This document shows, piece by piece, positions 1 to 9,643 of a stretch of DNA of 64,000 nucleotides. The position numbers were made by a program, and so were the translations under genes. Position 1 is the stretch's first letter; each line of letters opens with the position of its first letter. Origin of the DNA: Steroidobacteraceae bacterium. Lineage in GTDB: Bacteria; Pseudomonadota; Gammaproteobacteria; Steroidobacterales; Steroidobacteraceae. The notes beneath the pieces are model-generated. The model saw nothing but the letters and a program-made list of their open reading frames with translations, was not told the origin of the DNA and searched no databases. The DNA lies in the NCBI GenBank assembly GCA_050181835.1, contig JBFXCU010000007.1, forward strand, positions 24,888-88,887, written 5' to 3'.

Positions 1-76
1 AAGTCGTGAACAGTTACAACGATTGCTCGATCCGCAGCGTCTGACTGAAGGTGGCAACAACATAGGTGGTACGTGA
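1..76 (+). CDS. 3' end of an upstream gene running into the window (product unknown)
   Basis: Frame 2 is open from position 2 to a TGA at 74-76 (...SREQLQRLLDPQRLTEGGNNIGGT*). The stop overlaps the GTG start of the next gene (GTGA). Only 24 codons are visible, so no family can be assigned. Confidence 0.25.
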   Translation, partial: SREQLQRLLDPQRLTEGGNNIGGT

Positions 77-729
77 ATCGTGATCTGATTTCGGCCAGCA
101 GTGATGAGTTGCGCCGTATGATTGAGCGGCGAGTATTGGCTACTGCTCCGGATGAAAAGTCGCGCTTCAGTGTTGCAGGAGTCGCAGCCGAACAACAGGC
201 GCAAGTCGAGCAGCTGCTGCCCATTCATCGCACGCAGGCAGCGGTACTGGTACCGCTGGTAGATAGGCCAGCTGGGCTGAGTCTGTTGTTTACGCAACGC
301 CCGGCACATATGCGGCGTCATGCGGGGCAGATTAGTTTTCCAGGTGGTCGTGTTGAAGCAAGTGATGCTGGTCCGCTTGCTGCCGCGTTACGGGAAACCG
401 AGGAAGAGATCGGTCTGCTGCATAGCTACATACACCCCGTGGGTTACCTGCAACCGCAACTCATTTTTACCGGTTATCGTGTTATGCCGGTGGTGGGGTT
501 TGTGAAACCTGATTTCGAACTGCGACTGGATTCCAATGAGGTAGATGAAGTATTTGAAGTGCCGTTTCGCTATTTTCTTGATCCGACCAATCACCATGCA
601 CGTAAGCGTATGTTGGGAGAGTTAGCCATACAGGTTTATGACTTTTCGTATGCAGGGCGGCACATCTGGGGTGCCACTGCCAGTATTATTCTGAGCCTAT
701 ATCAATTGCTACAGGAGCATCGTGAGTAA
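73..729 (+). CDS. nudL: Nudix hydrolase, CoA pyrophosphatase type
   Basis: The 218-aa ORF carries a Nudix box (GGRVEASDAGPLAAALRETEEEIGL). Just before it lies the CoA-pyrophosphatase signature LLFTQRPAHMRRHAGQISFPGG. Confidence 0.85.
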   Translation: MNRDLISASSDELRRMIERRVLATAPDEKSRFSVAGVAAEQQAQVEQLLPIHRTQAAVLVPLVDRPAGLSLLFTQRPAHMRRHAGQISFPGGRVEASDAGPLAAALRETEEEIGLLHSYIHPVGYLQPQLIFTGYRVMPVVGFVKPDFELRLDSNEVDEVFEVPFRYFLDPTNHHARKRMLGELAIQVYDFSYAGRHIWGATASIILSLYQLLQEHRE

Positions 730-1525
730 TTCACTCCAACAGGATATGCAATGTTTGATCGAATTGATGGCACGCTTGCGGCATCCAGACAGCGGTTGTC
801 CTTGGGACAAGCAGCAAACGTTTACCACAATTGCGCCCTATACATTGGAAGAGGCATATGAAGTGGCTGATGCAATTGAACGTGCTGATGTAGTCGCATT
901 AAAAGAAGAACTGGGCGATTTATTGTTTCAAGTGGTATTCCATTCGCGTATGGCCGAAGAGCAGGGCAGCTTCGCATTTGGAGATGTGGTGCAGGGTATC
1001 TGCAACAAGATGGAGTCACGTCACCCACACGTGTTTGGTACCGATATTATCGAGACCGCTGAGCAGCAAAATATAGCTTGGGAAGAGCACAAAAAACGTG
1101 AGCGTGCTGCCAAGCAATTAACCGGGGCGAGTAGTGTGCTCAATAATGTACCCATTGCTCTACCCGCACTGACGCGTGCCGAAAAACTCGGCAAGCGCGC
1201 AGCTAGCGTCGGCTTTGAATGGCCGGATGTACAGGGTGCCTTGGATAAGGCTGAAGAAGAATTGCTCGAAGTACGTGCTGCGATTGCTGGCGGTGAAGCT
1301 ATTGAGATTGAAGCTGAGTTGGGTGACTTGATGTTCTGCCTAGTGAACATTTGTCGCCACCTGAAAGTTGACCCGGAGACGGCGCTGCGTAAAACCAATC
1401 GTAAGTTTGAGCGACGTTTCAAGCATGTTGAAACTCGCGTGCAGCAACAAGGCCGTGAACTTACAGATGCCACTTTGGCAGAGATGGATGGCTATTGGGA
1501 TGAGGCAAAGCAGCTGGAATCGTAG
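722..1525 (+). CDS. mazG: Nucleoside triphosphate pyrophosphohydrolase MazG
   Basis: The 267-aa ORF is collinear with E. coli MazG (GCPWDKQQTFTTIAPYTLEEAYEVADAIE; two EELGDLLF / AELGDLMF MazG repeats). The start is uncertain: GTG at 722 overlaps the Nudix gene, with an alternative ATG at 746. Confidence 0.9.
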   Translation: MSNSLQQDMQCLIELMARLRHPDSGCPWDKQQTFTTIAPYTLEEAYEVADAIERADVVALKEELGDLLFQVVFHSRMAEEQGSFAFGDVVQGICNKMESRHPHVFGTDIIETAEQQNIAWEEHKKRERAAKQLTGASSVLNNVPIALPALTRAEKLGKRAASVGFEWPDVQGALDKAEEELLEVRAAIAGGEAIEIEAELGDLMFCLVNICRHLKVDPETALRKTNRKFERRFKHVETRVQQQGRELTDATLAEMDGYWDEAKQLES

Positions 1526-1559
1526 TGACCTGATCTCGATTCCGTTGACACTCGACGCC

Positions 1560-1737
1560 AGGCTATGTCATTGTCATTCCTGCTGACTTCGAGAAGGTAG
1601 CAGGACATAGTTCTGGTACCCGATATTGCTGCATCCGCCTCTTTCAAGAGGCCAATGATCTGGCTATCCGAAAAGCGTGATTGCTTCATGGGAATCTCTT
1701 CGACAAACGGCAGGAAAAAACACCACTTATGACTTCA
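1560..1737 (-). mobile_element. Truncated left end of an IS3-family insertion sequence (IRL-like end plus decayed orfA 5' part)
   Basis: The minus-strand ORF at 1689 starts MKQSRFSDSQIIGLLKEADA, which matches the conserved N-terminus of IS3-family OrfA (MKKSRF.EEQIIGILKEAEAG). After about 20 aa the match continues only in another frame (VPELC..ATF.K..GM), so the gene is decayed. About 48 nt upstream of the ATG the minus strand reads TGAAGTCATAAGTGGTG, resembling IS3/IS911-type terminal repeats (TGAAGTGGT...). No orfB and no right end are present. Confidence 0.5.
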
Positions 1738-1770
1738 GCTGATTTAAGGGAGATTACCGGTTTAAGGAGG

Positions 1771-2103
1771 TTATGTGCTCAGGCCCAGCTTGCTGAGAAA
1801 AAAGTCAAATCCTGCACGACTGTCGGTACGATCCACTTTGTTGCGATGTCGCTGCTCATATCCGCGTGACCACCTCACTGTTTCTCCGACTGGTTGTACA
1901 TCCTGTAGTTCCAGCTCAACGGTGGATAGGTTGGATAATTGCTGCTGCGTGATTTCACGAGTGTAAACTCCGGGAGCTGTTTGCCATTCCCAGATCATGT
2001 TGCCGCGTTCATCGGATACAGCGCGACCAGATTGAGTGCCATACTCAAAATCCGGTGCATCAATCAGATCCAGAACTAACTCGTCATGTTCAACGCTCAT
2101 CAT
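1771..2103 (-). CDS. Hypothetical protein (110 aa), no family recognised
   Basis: The ORF has a good RBS (GGAGAACAATG-ATG) and an acidic N-terminus (MMSVEHDELVLDLIDAPDFEYG). It lies between proS and the IS remnant. Confidence 0.5.
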   Translation of the reverse strand: MMSVEHDELVLDLIDAPDFEYGTQSGRAVSDERGNMIWEWQTAPGVYTREITQQQLSNLSTVELELQDVQPVGETVRWSRGYEQRHRNKVDRTDSRAGFDFFLSKLGLST

Positions 2104-2325
2104 TGTTCTCCGTTAATATCATTCACTCAATGAAAGGCTGCGATATATCGCAATATCTCTTCATCCGCCTTGTTGAGCGTATCGGCATCGGTGGAAGGCA
2201 CTTGACTGTTATTGCCGGCAGGTTTTGCGTTCTTTGGTGCATGTCTCAGTCTACTGACAGGCGGCAACATCGGCGGCAAGTTATTGCCGCCGATTTGTAG
2301 CAAGATCACATTAGTTGGGTACTTG

Positions 2326-3858
2326 TTAGTAAGACTTGGCCCATACCACGCGAGTGCGACTTGGCTTGCCGGTAAATGGGCAGGTGCCAGCTTCGGTAGT
2401 GTCTAGTGGAATACAACGCACCGTTACCGATAGCTCCTGCTTTATCTTTTGTTCCAGCTCAACATCACCACTAAAGTGAGTCATGGCAAAGCCACCATGC
2501 GCTGGAGTTGGCTGATTTTCAGCTACGCGGTCAGGGGTAAAGTAGGCGTAAAACTCTTCTTTAGTATCGATGTTGCGGGTATGAGTGCCTCGCAGTATTT
2601 TTGCTTTCGACAACAAATTGTCGTGGATGTCTTGCAGAATGGTAGTAGCAGTGGCGATGAATTCGTCACGACTAATGCTACGTTTGTCCTTATGGGCATG
2701 GTCGCGACGAGCAACGAACAGCAGATTTTTTTCCATGTCGCGTGGACCGATCTCGATGCGGATTGGCACGCCTTTTTTGATCCATTGCCAGTTCTTCTCA
2801 CCACCGCGCTCATCACGGTTGTCAACATTGATACTGAGGCGGCGTTCGCCAAAACTGTGTGCCCGTAATTCAGTGGCGATCTGATTGCAGTATTCAATCA
2901 CGCGTGTGCGTTCTGCTTCATCACGGAAGATGGGAATCATCACTACATGAGTGGGTGCCAGTTTGGGTGGCAGCACCAAGCCATCATCATCGGAATGTGT
3001 CATCAGCATGCCGCCTATCAAGCGGGTTGAAACGCCCCAGCTAGTCGTCCAGGCATGTTGTTGTTCACCGTTTTTATCGAGGAACTGAATGCCGCTGGCT
3101 TTGGCGAAATTCTGACCGAGGAAGTGGCTGGTGCCAGCTTGCAGGGCTTTACGATCCTGCATCATGGCTTCAATACAAAAGGTTTGTTCGGCGCCAGGAA
3201 AGCGCTCGCCTGCGGTCTTTTCACCCTTGATCACCGGCATGGCCATGTAGCTCTCGGCAAAGTCCGCGTACACATCCAGCATTTTCATGGTTTCCGCTAC
3301 GGCTTCATCGCGAGTGGCATGTGCGGTATGGCCTTCTTGCCAGAGAAATTCGGTGGTGCGCAAAAACATGCGGGTGCGCATTTCCCAACGAACCACGTTG
3401 GCCCATTGATTAATCAGCAGCGGCAGATCGCGATAACTTTGCACCCAGCGCGAAAAGGCATCACCGATGATGGTCTCGGAAGTAGGGCGTACTACCAGCG
3501 GTTCTTCGAGTTCGCCGGTAGGCACCAGCTGACCTTCAGCGTTCATTTCAAGTCGATGGTGCGTTACCACCGCGCATTCGGTGGCAAAGCCTTCCACATG
3601 CGCCGCTTCCTTTTGTAAAAACGACAGGGGAATGAACAGGGGGAAATAAGCATTCTGATGGCCAGTGGCTTTGAACTCATCATCCAGCACCCGTTGCATG
3701 TTCTCCCAGATGGCATAGCCCCAAGGCTTGATCACCATGCAGCCGCGCACTGCAGAGTTTTCGGCCAGATCGGCGGCACGAATAACTTGCTGATACCACT
3801 CGGCGTAGTTGTCGTCGCGGGTAGGGGTAATGGCGGTACGCGGTTTGTTCATCGTCAA
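2326..3858 (-). CDS. proS: Prolyl-tRNA synthetase, archaeal/eukaryal-like (Thermus-type) form without the INS editing domain
   Basis: The 510-aa ORF is collinear, from memory, with T. thermophilus ProRS (WYQQVIRAADLAE..VRGCMVIKPWGYAIWENMQRVLDDEFKATGHQNAYFPLFIP; RPTSETIIG; NQWANVVRWEMRTRMFLRTTEFLWQEGHTAH; GTSHFLGQNFAKA). It ends in ...VVWAKSY, with the C-terminal Tyr typical of this class. Confidence 0.95.
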   Translation of the reverse strand: MTMNKPRTAITPTRDDNYAEWYQQVIRAADLAENSAVRGCMVIKPWGYAIWENMQRVLDDEFKATGHQNAYFPLFIPLSFLQKEAAHVEGFATECAVVTHHRLEMNAEGQLVPTGELEEPLVVRPTSETIIGDAFSRWVQSYRDLPLLINQWANVVRWEMRTRMFLRTTEFLWQEGHTAHATRDEAVAETMKMLDVYADFAESYMAMPVIKGEKTAGERFPGAEQTFCIEAMMQDRKALQAGTSHFLGQNFAKASGIQFLDKNGEQQHAWTTSWGVSTRLIGGMLMTHSDDDGLVLPPKLAPTHVVMIPIFRDEAERTRVIEYCNQIATELRAHSFGERRLSINVDNRDERGGEKNWQWIKKGVPIRIEIGPRDMEKNLLFVARRDHAHKDKRSISRDEFIATATTILQDIHDNLLSKAKILRGTHTRNIDTKEEFYAYFTPDRVAENQPTPAHGGFAMTHFSGDVELEQKIKQELSVTVRCIPLDTTEAGTCPFTGKPSRTRVVWAKSY

Positions 3859-3939
3859 CTCAATAACTGGAAGGAGGTTCGAAAGGGGCGCATTACAGCA
3901 GATCTGTCGGTATCACCAAAGTAGCAACTATGTAAATGA

Positions 3940-4539
3940 TTAGAAAGACGAGCCGGGTTGCTGTAAGAACTCAAGTTCATCTGCCGTTGAATTACGTTGC
4001 AAAATCTGATTGCGATGTGGAAAGCGACCGAAGCGATCGATGATAGCTTGATGACGTAGCGCGAATTCCAAGTACCAGCCGCAGGCCGATTTCAATCTGG
4101 CGGGAGCTGACTCGGCTAGTTCACGAAATAGTTCTACGCAAAGTTGTTGATCCTCGCGTGACTCGGAATGCTCCAGTGGCAGGTAGTAGAACAAGCGCTG
4201 GATGGGTCGTAGTTGTAAATCCAGCCGCTGCTGTAAGCCCGACTTACACCAGCCGCGTGCCAGCGGGTCGAAAGCGAAGGCCTGTGCGGTAGCGCGATAA
4301 ATATTGCGCGGCAGTTGGTCAGTCAGCAATATCAACGCCAGTCGGCCCGTAACTGTTTCCGTCCATGAGTTCTGTGAGCCACTGGCAGCAGCCAGCACGC
4401 TCGCTTCAAAGCACTGTTTTAACTCTGCGTCTACCGCTGCATTCTTCGACCACCATAGCTTGGCCTGCTTGTCAGCGACTACTGCGTCGTCTTGATCCGA
4501 TCCAAACCAGAATTCCAGAATATCGTCAGGTTGCAACAT
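3940..4539 (-). CDS. DUF924 family protein
   Basis: The 199-aa ORF has the typical DUF924 N-terminus (ILEFWFG...LWWSK) and length. Confidence 0.75.
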   Translation of the reverse strand: MLQPDDILEFWFGSDQDDAVVADKQAKLWWSKNAAVDAELKQCFEASVLAAASGSQNSWTETVTGRLALILLTDQLPRNIYRATAQAFAFDPLARGWCKSGLQQRLDLQLRPIQRLFYYLPLEHSESREDQQLCVELFRELAESAPARLKSACGWYLEFALRHQAIIDRFGRFPHRNQILQRNSTADELEFLQQPGSSF

Positions 4540-4541
4540 GG

Positions 4542-5480
4542 TTATTTCTCCGCCTGACGTTTGGGAGGATGGATGGCTCCCACATGTATCTGCTTACGGG
4601 CAGTGGCCAGTTCTACCTGATGTTGCCTTTCGCGCAAGCTGGCCTTCTTGCTATCGCTGGTCTGATCATAACAACGAGCACAACTGACGCCTGGATCATA
4701 GTGGGGTGATTGCTTGTCCTGCGGGCTAAGCGGATGACGACAGGCTCGGCAGAGTTCGTAGCTACCCAGTCGCAGCTCGTGACCTACCGCCACGCGTTCA
4801 TCAAATACAAAACAGTCGCCTTGCCAGAGACTCGTTGCTTCGGGCACGGTTTCCAGATACTTCAAAATACCGCCCTGTAAGTGATAAACCTCATCGAATC
4901 CTTGCTTACGCAGATAGGCAGTCGATTTCTCGCAGCGGATACCACCAGTACAAAACATAGCCACCTTGGGTTTTTTATCCAGTTCACGCTGCTGGCTTAG
5001 CCACTCGGGCAATTCGCTGAAGCTTTTCAGGTTGGGGTTGAGCGCACCTTTGAAAGTGCCGATGGCGACTTCATAGTCATTGCGGGTATCAACCACTACC
5101 ACCTCTGGGTCGCTGATTAATTCATTCCAGTCTTCTGGCTTGACGTAGGTACCAGCATTCTTACTCGGATCAATATCCGATATACCCAAGGTAACGATTT
5201 CGCGTTTCACTCGCACCTTCATCCGATAAAAAGGCCGACTTTCGGCGAAGGACTCTTTATGTGCGAGATCTGCCAGTCGAGGATCGCTGCGTAGATAGTC
5301 AAGTACGGCATGAACGCCGGTTGCCGTGCCAGCAATGGTGCCATTGATGCCTTCATGCGCCAATAACAGCGTGCCTTTGATGCCATGCTGGTCACAGCAA
5401 GCTTGCAGCGGTGCCTGCATTGCCTGGCAATCTGGCAGGGTGACAAATTTATATAGGGCGGCGACCAGAAACTGACTCAT
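4542..5480 (-). CDS. trhO: Rhodanese-domain tRNA uridine(34) hydroxylase (UPF0176/YceA family)
   Basis: The 312-aa ORF begins LVAALYKFV in the UPF0176 style. It has a rhodanese active-site loop ([12 protein letters not shown]) and a C-terminal Cys cluster (CRACRHP...CARC). Confidence 0.85.
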   Translation of the reverse strand: MSQFLVAALYKFVTLPDCQAMQAPLQACCDQHGIKGTLLLAHEGINGTIAGTATGVHAVLDYLRSDPRLADLAHKESFAESRPFYRMKVRVKREIVTLGISDIDPSKNAGTYVKPEDWNELISDPEVVVVDTRNDYEVAIGTFKGALNPNLKSFSELPEWLSQQRELDKKPKVAMFCTGGIRCEKSTAYLRKQGFDEVYHLQGGILKYLETVPEATSLWQGDCFVFDERVAVGHELRLGSYELCRACRHPLSPQDKQSPHYDPGVSCARCYDQTSDSKKASLRERQHQVELATARKQIHVGAIHPPKRQAEK

Positions 5481-8400
5481 GATTGTTTCCTTATACGGGA
5501 AATGGCTACCGCTGTGGCAGCAGAGGGCGCCAACTCAATGCCATCCAACACCGCTTCAGCCGCTTTGAAGCGTGCCTCGGCTTGCTCCAGTGGCAGCGTG
5601 AAGCGCAGCTTCTGCGGGCCATCGAATTTATGGGTGCGTGAATTGCGTTGCACGAACAGAATCAAATTGGTTGGATCGATATTGGCGTCGGCGGCAAACA
5701 GCGCGTAACCGCCATTGGCATGTAGATCCAGTTTGCGTATGCCAATGTTGTTGGCACGTAGCTTCAATTCGGTAATGCGGAACAGATTCTTGGTTGCATC
5801 AGGCAGCAAGCCGAAGCGATCAATCATTTCTACTTGCAGCTCACGCAAAGTGTCCGATGAGTCGGCAGCAGCGATACGCTTATACAGCACCAGACGCATA
5901 TGCACATCAGGCATGTAGTCATCGGGAATCAAAGCCGATACATGCAGATCAACTTCCGGGCCGCGATACAGAGGTTGATCCAGGTCAGGTGTTTTACCTT
6001 GCTTCAATGCCGCGACGGCGCGCTCCAGCATTTCCATGTACAGCGCGAAGCCAATTTCCTGAATCTGTCCGCTCTGGCCTTCGCCGAGTAATTCACCCGC
6101 GCCACGAATTTCCAGATCGTGAGTGGCTAGTGTGAAGCCTGCGCCCAAGTCTTCGAGCGACTCAATCGCTTCGAGGCGCTTCACTGCATCGGCGGTCATG
6201 TTGGCCTTGGGCGGCGTAAGCAAATAGGCATAGGCCTGATGATGCGAGCGACCAACACGACCACGCATCTGATGTAACTGTGCCAAACCAAACTTGTCGG
6301 CGCGGTCAATGATGATGGTATTGGCGGTAGGCACATCGATGCCACTTTCGACAATGGTGGTGCAGATAAACAAGTTACAGCGTTGATGACTGAAGTCGAG
6401 CATCACCTGTTCCAGATCGCGTTCGCGCATCTGGCCGTGGCCGATGGCGATATTTGCCTCCGGTACCAACTCAGATAATGAGTGCGCGGTTTTTGCAATC
6501 GTCTCAACGCTGTTGTGGACATAATAAATCTGTCCGCCACGACGGATCTCACGCAAACAGGCTTCACGTACTGAGGCGCCATCAAACGGCATCACGAAAG
6601 TTTTGATAGCAAGGCGACTGACGGGGGGCGTAGTGATGAGTGACAGATCACGTAAGCCGCCCATGGCCATATTCAAGGTGCGCGGAATGGGAGTGGCGGT
6701 CAGTGTCAGCACATCGACTTCGGCGCGCATATGTTTGAGTTTTTCTTTGTCCTTGACGCCAAAGCGATGTTCTTCATCAATGATGATGAGTCCAAGGTTT
6801 TTGAACTTAACTGTATTTTGTAGCAACCGATGCGTGCCTACTACAATATCGACCGTGCCATTTTCCAAACCCTTGAGTGCTTCATTCACCTGTGTCGTGC
6901 TGCGGAAACGCGACATGGTTTCGACTTTAACCGGCCAGTCGGCAAAACGATCCATAAAGGTTTGATAGTGCTGTTGGGCAAGTAACGTGGTTGGTACCAG
7001 TACGACAACTTGCTTGCCAGCCTGCACAGCAACAAAGGCGGCACGCAGTGCTACTTCGGTTTTACCAAAGCCGACATCGCCACAGACCACGCGATCCATC
7101 GGTTTGCCACTGCCCATGTCGGCAATGACGGCGGCAATGGCCTGCGCTTGATCGGGAGTTTCTTCAAAACGGAAGGCATCAGCAAATGCCATTAACTCGG
7201 CATCCGTCGCTTGTAGTGAGGTGCCTTGCTTGGCGGCACGCCGTGCATAGAGATCCAGTAACTCAACGGCTGCATCACGTACTTTCAGCGCCGCTTTTTT
7301 CTTGGCCTTGGCCCAGGTGTCGGTGCCTAATTTATGCAATGGTGCATTGTCGGCCGCTGAGCCGGTGTAACGACTGACTCGATCCAGAGCTTGTACCGGC
7401 ACATAAACCTTGTCGCCATCGGCGTATTCCAGTATCAGGAACTCGCCATTAAGACCGGCCACCTCCATGGTCTTGAGTCCGAGATACCGACCCACACCGT
7501 ATTCGTCGTGTACTACCGGCGCACCGGTAACCAGATCCGATAAATCGCGAATGATTTTTTCGGGATCACGATCAGCACGCCGACGGCGGCGCTCCTGCTT
7601 GGCGCGTTCACCGAACAGTTGCTCTTCGGCGAGTACGGTGATTGCGGGTTCTTTAAGCTGTAAGCCACGTGCAATCGGTGACACTGTGATTGCCAGTGGC
7701 ACATCGCTGTTCGCGAATAGCTGCCAATCATCCATGCTTGGTGCATTGAGATGATGCTTGCGCAGAATATCCAGCAGCATTTCGCGGCGGCCAGTAGATT
7801 CTGCAGCAATGAGCGTGCGGCCCTGGTAACTCTGTAGATGATTGAGCAGTGCGCGTGCCGGTTCAGCCGCGCGCGCATCCAGCTTTACTGGCGGCGGAGT
7901 GGTGCTGGCGAAGTTTTGCCACGAGATATGCTGACGATCAGGGTCAAGTTCGTTCACTGACAACTCAATTTGGCGTCGTGAATTCAGCAGCGATAAAAAA
8001 TCGGCAGGTGACAAGAACAATTCTTGCGGCGTTAATACCGGTCGCTCCGTATCGTGGGCGCGTTGTTCATGGCGTTCCACAATAGAGCCCCATGATTCTT
8101 CGAGCAGACCGTTGAAGTCCACATTATAGGCCACTGCAGAATCGGTAGGCAGATAGGCGAATACTTCACTGAGTTGCTCGAAAAATAATGGCAGGTAATA
8201 TTCAATGCCTGCTGGTGCAGCGCCGTCGGCCACGTCTTTGTACATCGGTACGCTAGTTAAGTCGCCTTCAAAGCGGATGCGAAAACGACGCTTGTAGTCT
8301 TGCATGGCGTCAGCGCTAAGTGGAAACTCGCGCGCTGGCAATAGCTTGATACGCTCGGTCTTTTGCAAGGTACGCTGCGAATCGGCATCAAAGCTGCGGA

Positions 8401-8974
8401 TGGTTTCGACTTCTTCATCAAACAAATCGATGCGATAAGGTGCAGCGCTGCCCATCGGGAATAAATCCAGCAACGAACCGCGCACCGCAAACTCACCTGG
8501 CGCCATGACCTGTGAGACATGCGCATAGCCTGCTGCCGTCAATTTGAGACGAAAGGTTTTCAGATCCAGCCGATTGCCGAGCGCAATGTCAAACGCGTGT
8601 GCATCAATGTAGCTGCGCGGCACCAACCGCTGTATCACCGTGTCCACATCGACCAGCACCAAGCCTTGTTTGAGCGTCGGCAGACGTGACAGTGTACTCA
8701 GGCGTTGCGAAATGATGTCGGGATGCGGAGCGAACAAATCGTAGGGCAGCGTTTCCCAGCCGGGGATGGACAGCAGCGGCACGGAGTTGGGCAGAAATAC
8801 CCGTAATTCATCTTCGAGTCGACTGAGTTCACGCGCATTAGCAGCGATCACCAGCAGCGGTGCCGTTAATGCCTGCGCCGCTTCCGCTAGCTTCAACGCC
8901 ATCGCCGAGCCATATAATTGACCCCAGCGTACGCGGGGCTTGTCGGCGGAGGGGAGAAGGAATTTCTTGCTCAC
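5477..8974 (-). CDS. mfd: Transcription-repair coupling factor Mfd
   Basis: The 1165-aa ORF has a UvrB-homology N-terminus, the RNAP-interaction region and a superfamily-2 helicase core ([16 protein letters not shown]; DEEHRFGV; TATPIPRTL; [11 protein letters not shown]). Confidence 0.97.
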   Translation of the reverse strand: MSKKFLLPSADKPRVRWGQLYGSAMALKLAEAAQALTAPLLVIAANARELSRLEDELRVFLPNSVPLLSIPGWETLPYDLFAPHPDIISQRLSTLSRLPTLKQGLVLVDVDTVIQRLVPRSYIDAHAFDIALGNRLDLKTFRLKLTAAGYAHVSQVMAPGEFAVRGSLLDLFPMGSAAPYRIDLFDEEVETIRSFDADSQRTLQKTERIKLLPAREFPLSADAMQDYKRRFRIRFEGDLTSVPMYKDVADGAAPAGIEYYLPLFFEQLSEVFAYLPTDSAVAYNVDFNGLLEESWGSIVERHEQRAHDTERPVLTPQELFLSPADFLSLLNSRRQIELSVNELDPDRQHISWQNFASTTPPPVKLDARAAEPARALLNHLQSYQGRTLIAAESTGRREMLLDILRKHHLNAPSMDDWQLFANSDVPLAITVSPIARGLQLKEPAITVLAEEQLFGERAKQERRRRRADRDPEKIIRDLSDLVTGAPVVHDEYGVGRYLGLKTMEVAGLNGEFLILEYADGDKVYVPVQALDRVSRYTGSAADNAPLHKLGTDTWAKAKKKAALKVRDAAVELLDLYARRAAKQGTSLQATDAELMAFADAFRFEETPDQAQAIAAVIADMGSGKPMDRVVCGDVGFGKTEVALRAAFVAVQAGKQVVVLVPTTLLAQQHYQTFMDRFADWPVKVETMSRFRSTTQVNEALKGLENGTVDIVVGTHRLLQNTVKFKNLGLIIIDEEHRFGVKDKEKLKHMRAEVDVLTLTATPIPRTLNMAMGGLRDLSLITTPPVSRLAIKTFVMPFDGASVREACLREIRRGGQIYYVHNSVETIAKTAHSLSELVPEANIAIGHGQMRERDLEQVMLDFSHQRCNLFICTTIVESGIDVPTANTIIIDRADKFGLAQLHQMRGRVGRSHHQAYAYLLTPPKANMTADAVKRLEAIESLEDLGAGFTLATHDLEIRGAGELLGEGQSGQIQEIGFALYMEMLERAVAALKQGKTPDLDQPLYRGPEVDLHVSALIPDDYMPDVHMRLVLYKRIAAADSSDTLRELQVEMIDRFGLLPDATKNLFRITELKLRANNIGIRKLDLHANGGYALFAADANIDPTNLILFVQRNSRTHKFDGPQKLRFTLPLEQAEARFKAAEAVLDGIELAPSAATAVAISRIRKQS

Positions 8975-9150
8975 GGGGTACCAAATACGTGCAGTTCAAA
9001 CGCAGCCATAAAACGCCAATAGCCCAGCCTCAAGCCAAACGACTTGCCGGGATAGATCTAGGGCGCGAAGGGTAGCAGGGTGGAGGATTGGGTTGAAGCG
9101 GTGCGGGTGGAATTGCCTGTATTTAGCTGGCTTCCACGCTGCTGTGGCTA

Positions 9151-9185
9151 CAAAACGCATCAGGCCGACACAAGGTCGGCCTGAT
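9151..9185 (-). terminator. Putative intrinsic terminator of the 9214-9501 gene
   Basis: An 11-bp perfect stem (ATCAGGCCGAC / GTCGGCCTGAT) encloses a 5-nt loop. On the minus strand it is followed by GCGTTTTG. Confidence 0.5.
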
Positions 9186-9213
9186 TGGGAGTGATAACAC
9201 TTATCGAGACGGC

Positions 9214-9501
9214 TCAGCGTATGACGCTATGCACTACATACTGATATTCAAAGAACACACTAAAGTTGGGGTAGTCCCAGCGGGTGATGGGCGGATTGCC
9301 GATGGCACCATTGCGCTGGGTGGGCGCGCCGAAGCGGGCTTCCACTTGACTCATGCTGACGCCACGCGCTGGGGTGGTTACGGCCACTGGGGCTTCGCTG
9401 CTGGTGTTGGCGGGCAGGTTAACTTCTTCTGACCACGCGCTGGCGCAGGCCAGAGTGGCAAAAGTGGCAAGTACCGCAGTGACTGTATTGACTAGGCGCA
9501 T
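9214..9501 (-). CDS. Small secreted protein of unknown function
   Basis: A signal peptide is present (MRLVNTVTAVLATFATLACASA). The ATG at 9501 is preceded by AGGAGA at 6-nt spacing, whereas the track start at 9507 is a TTG. Confidence 0.6.
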   Translation of the reverse strand: MRLVNTVTAVLATFATLACASAWSEEVNLPANTSSEAPVAVTTPARGVSMSQVEARFGAPTQRNGAIGNPPITRWDYPNFSVFFEYQYVVHSVIR

Positions 9502-9643
9502 GACCAATCTCCTGACAAAGTGCGGCGAAACTATAGCACTGGCAGGTTCAAGGTTAAGTAAGCTGTGCGATTAAGTCGTGTATTTCCATGACTGGTGTCA
9601 CTAAAATCTCGTCTGTTTACATTCCGGCCAGTTAATTCCACTG

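Noticed and set aside
2127-2309. A 60-aa minus-strand ORF between proS and the 110-aa hypothetical gene.
   Set aside because: It has no RBS and low-complexity composition (Pro/Asn/Ala). It is mentioned only as part of the insertion-scar finding.
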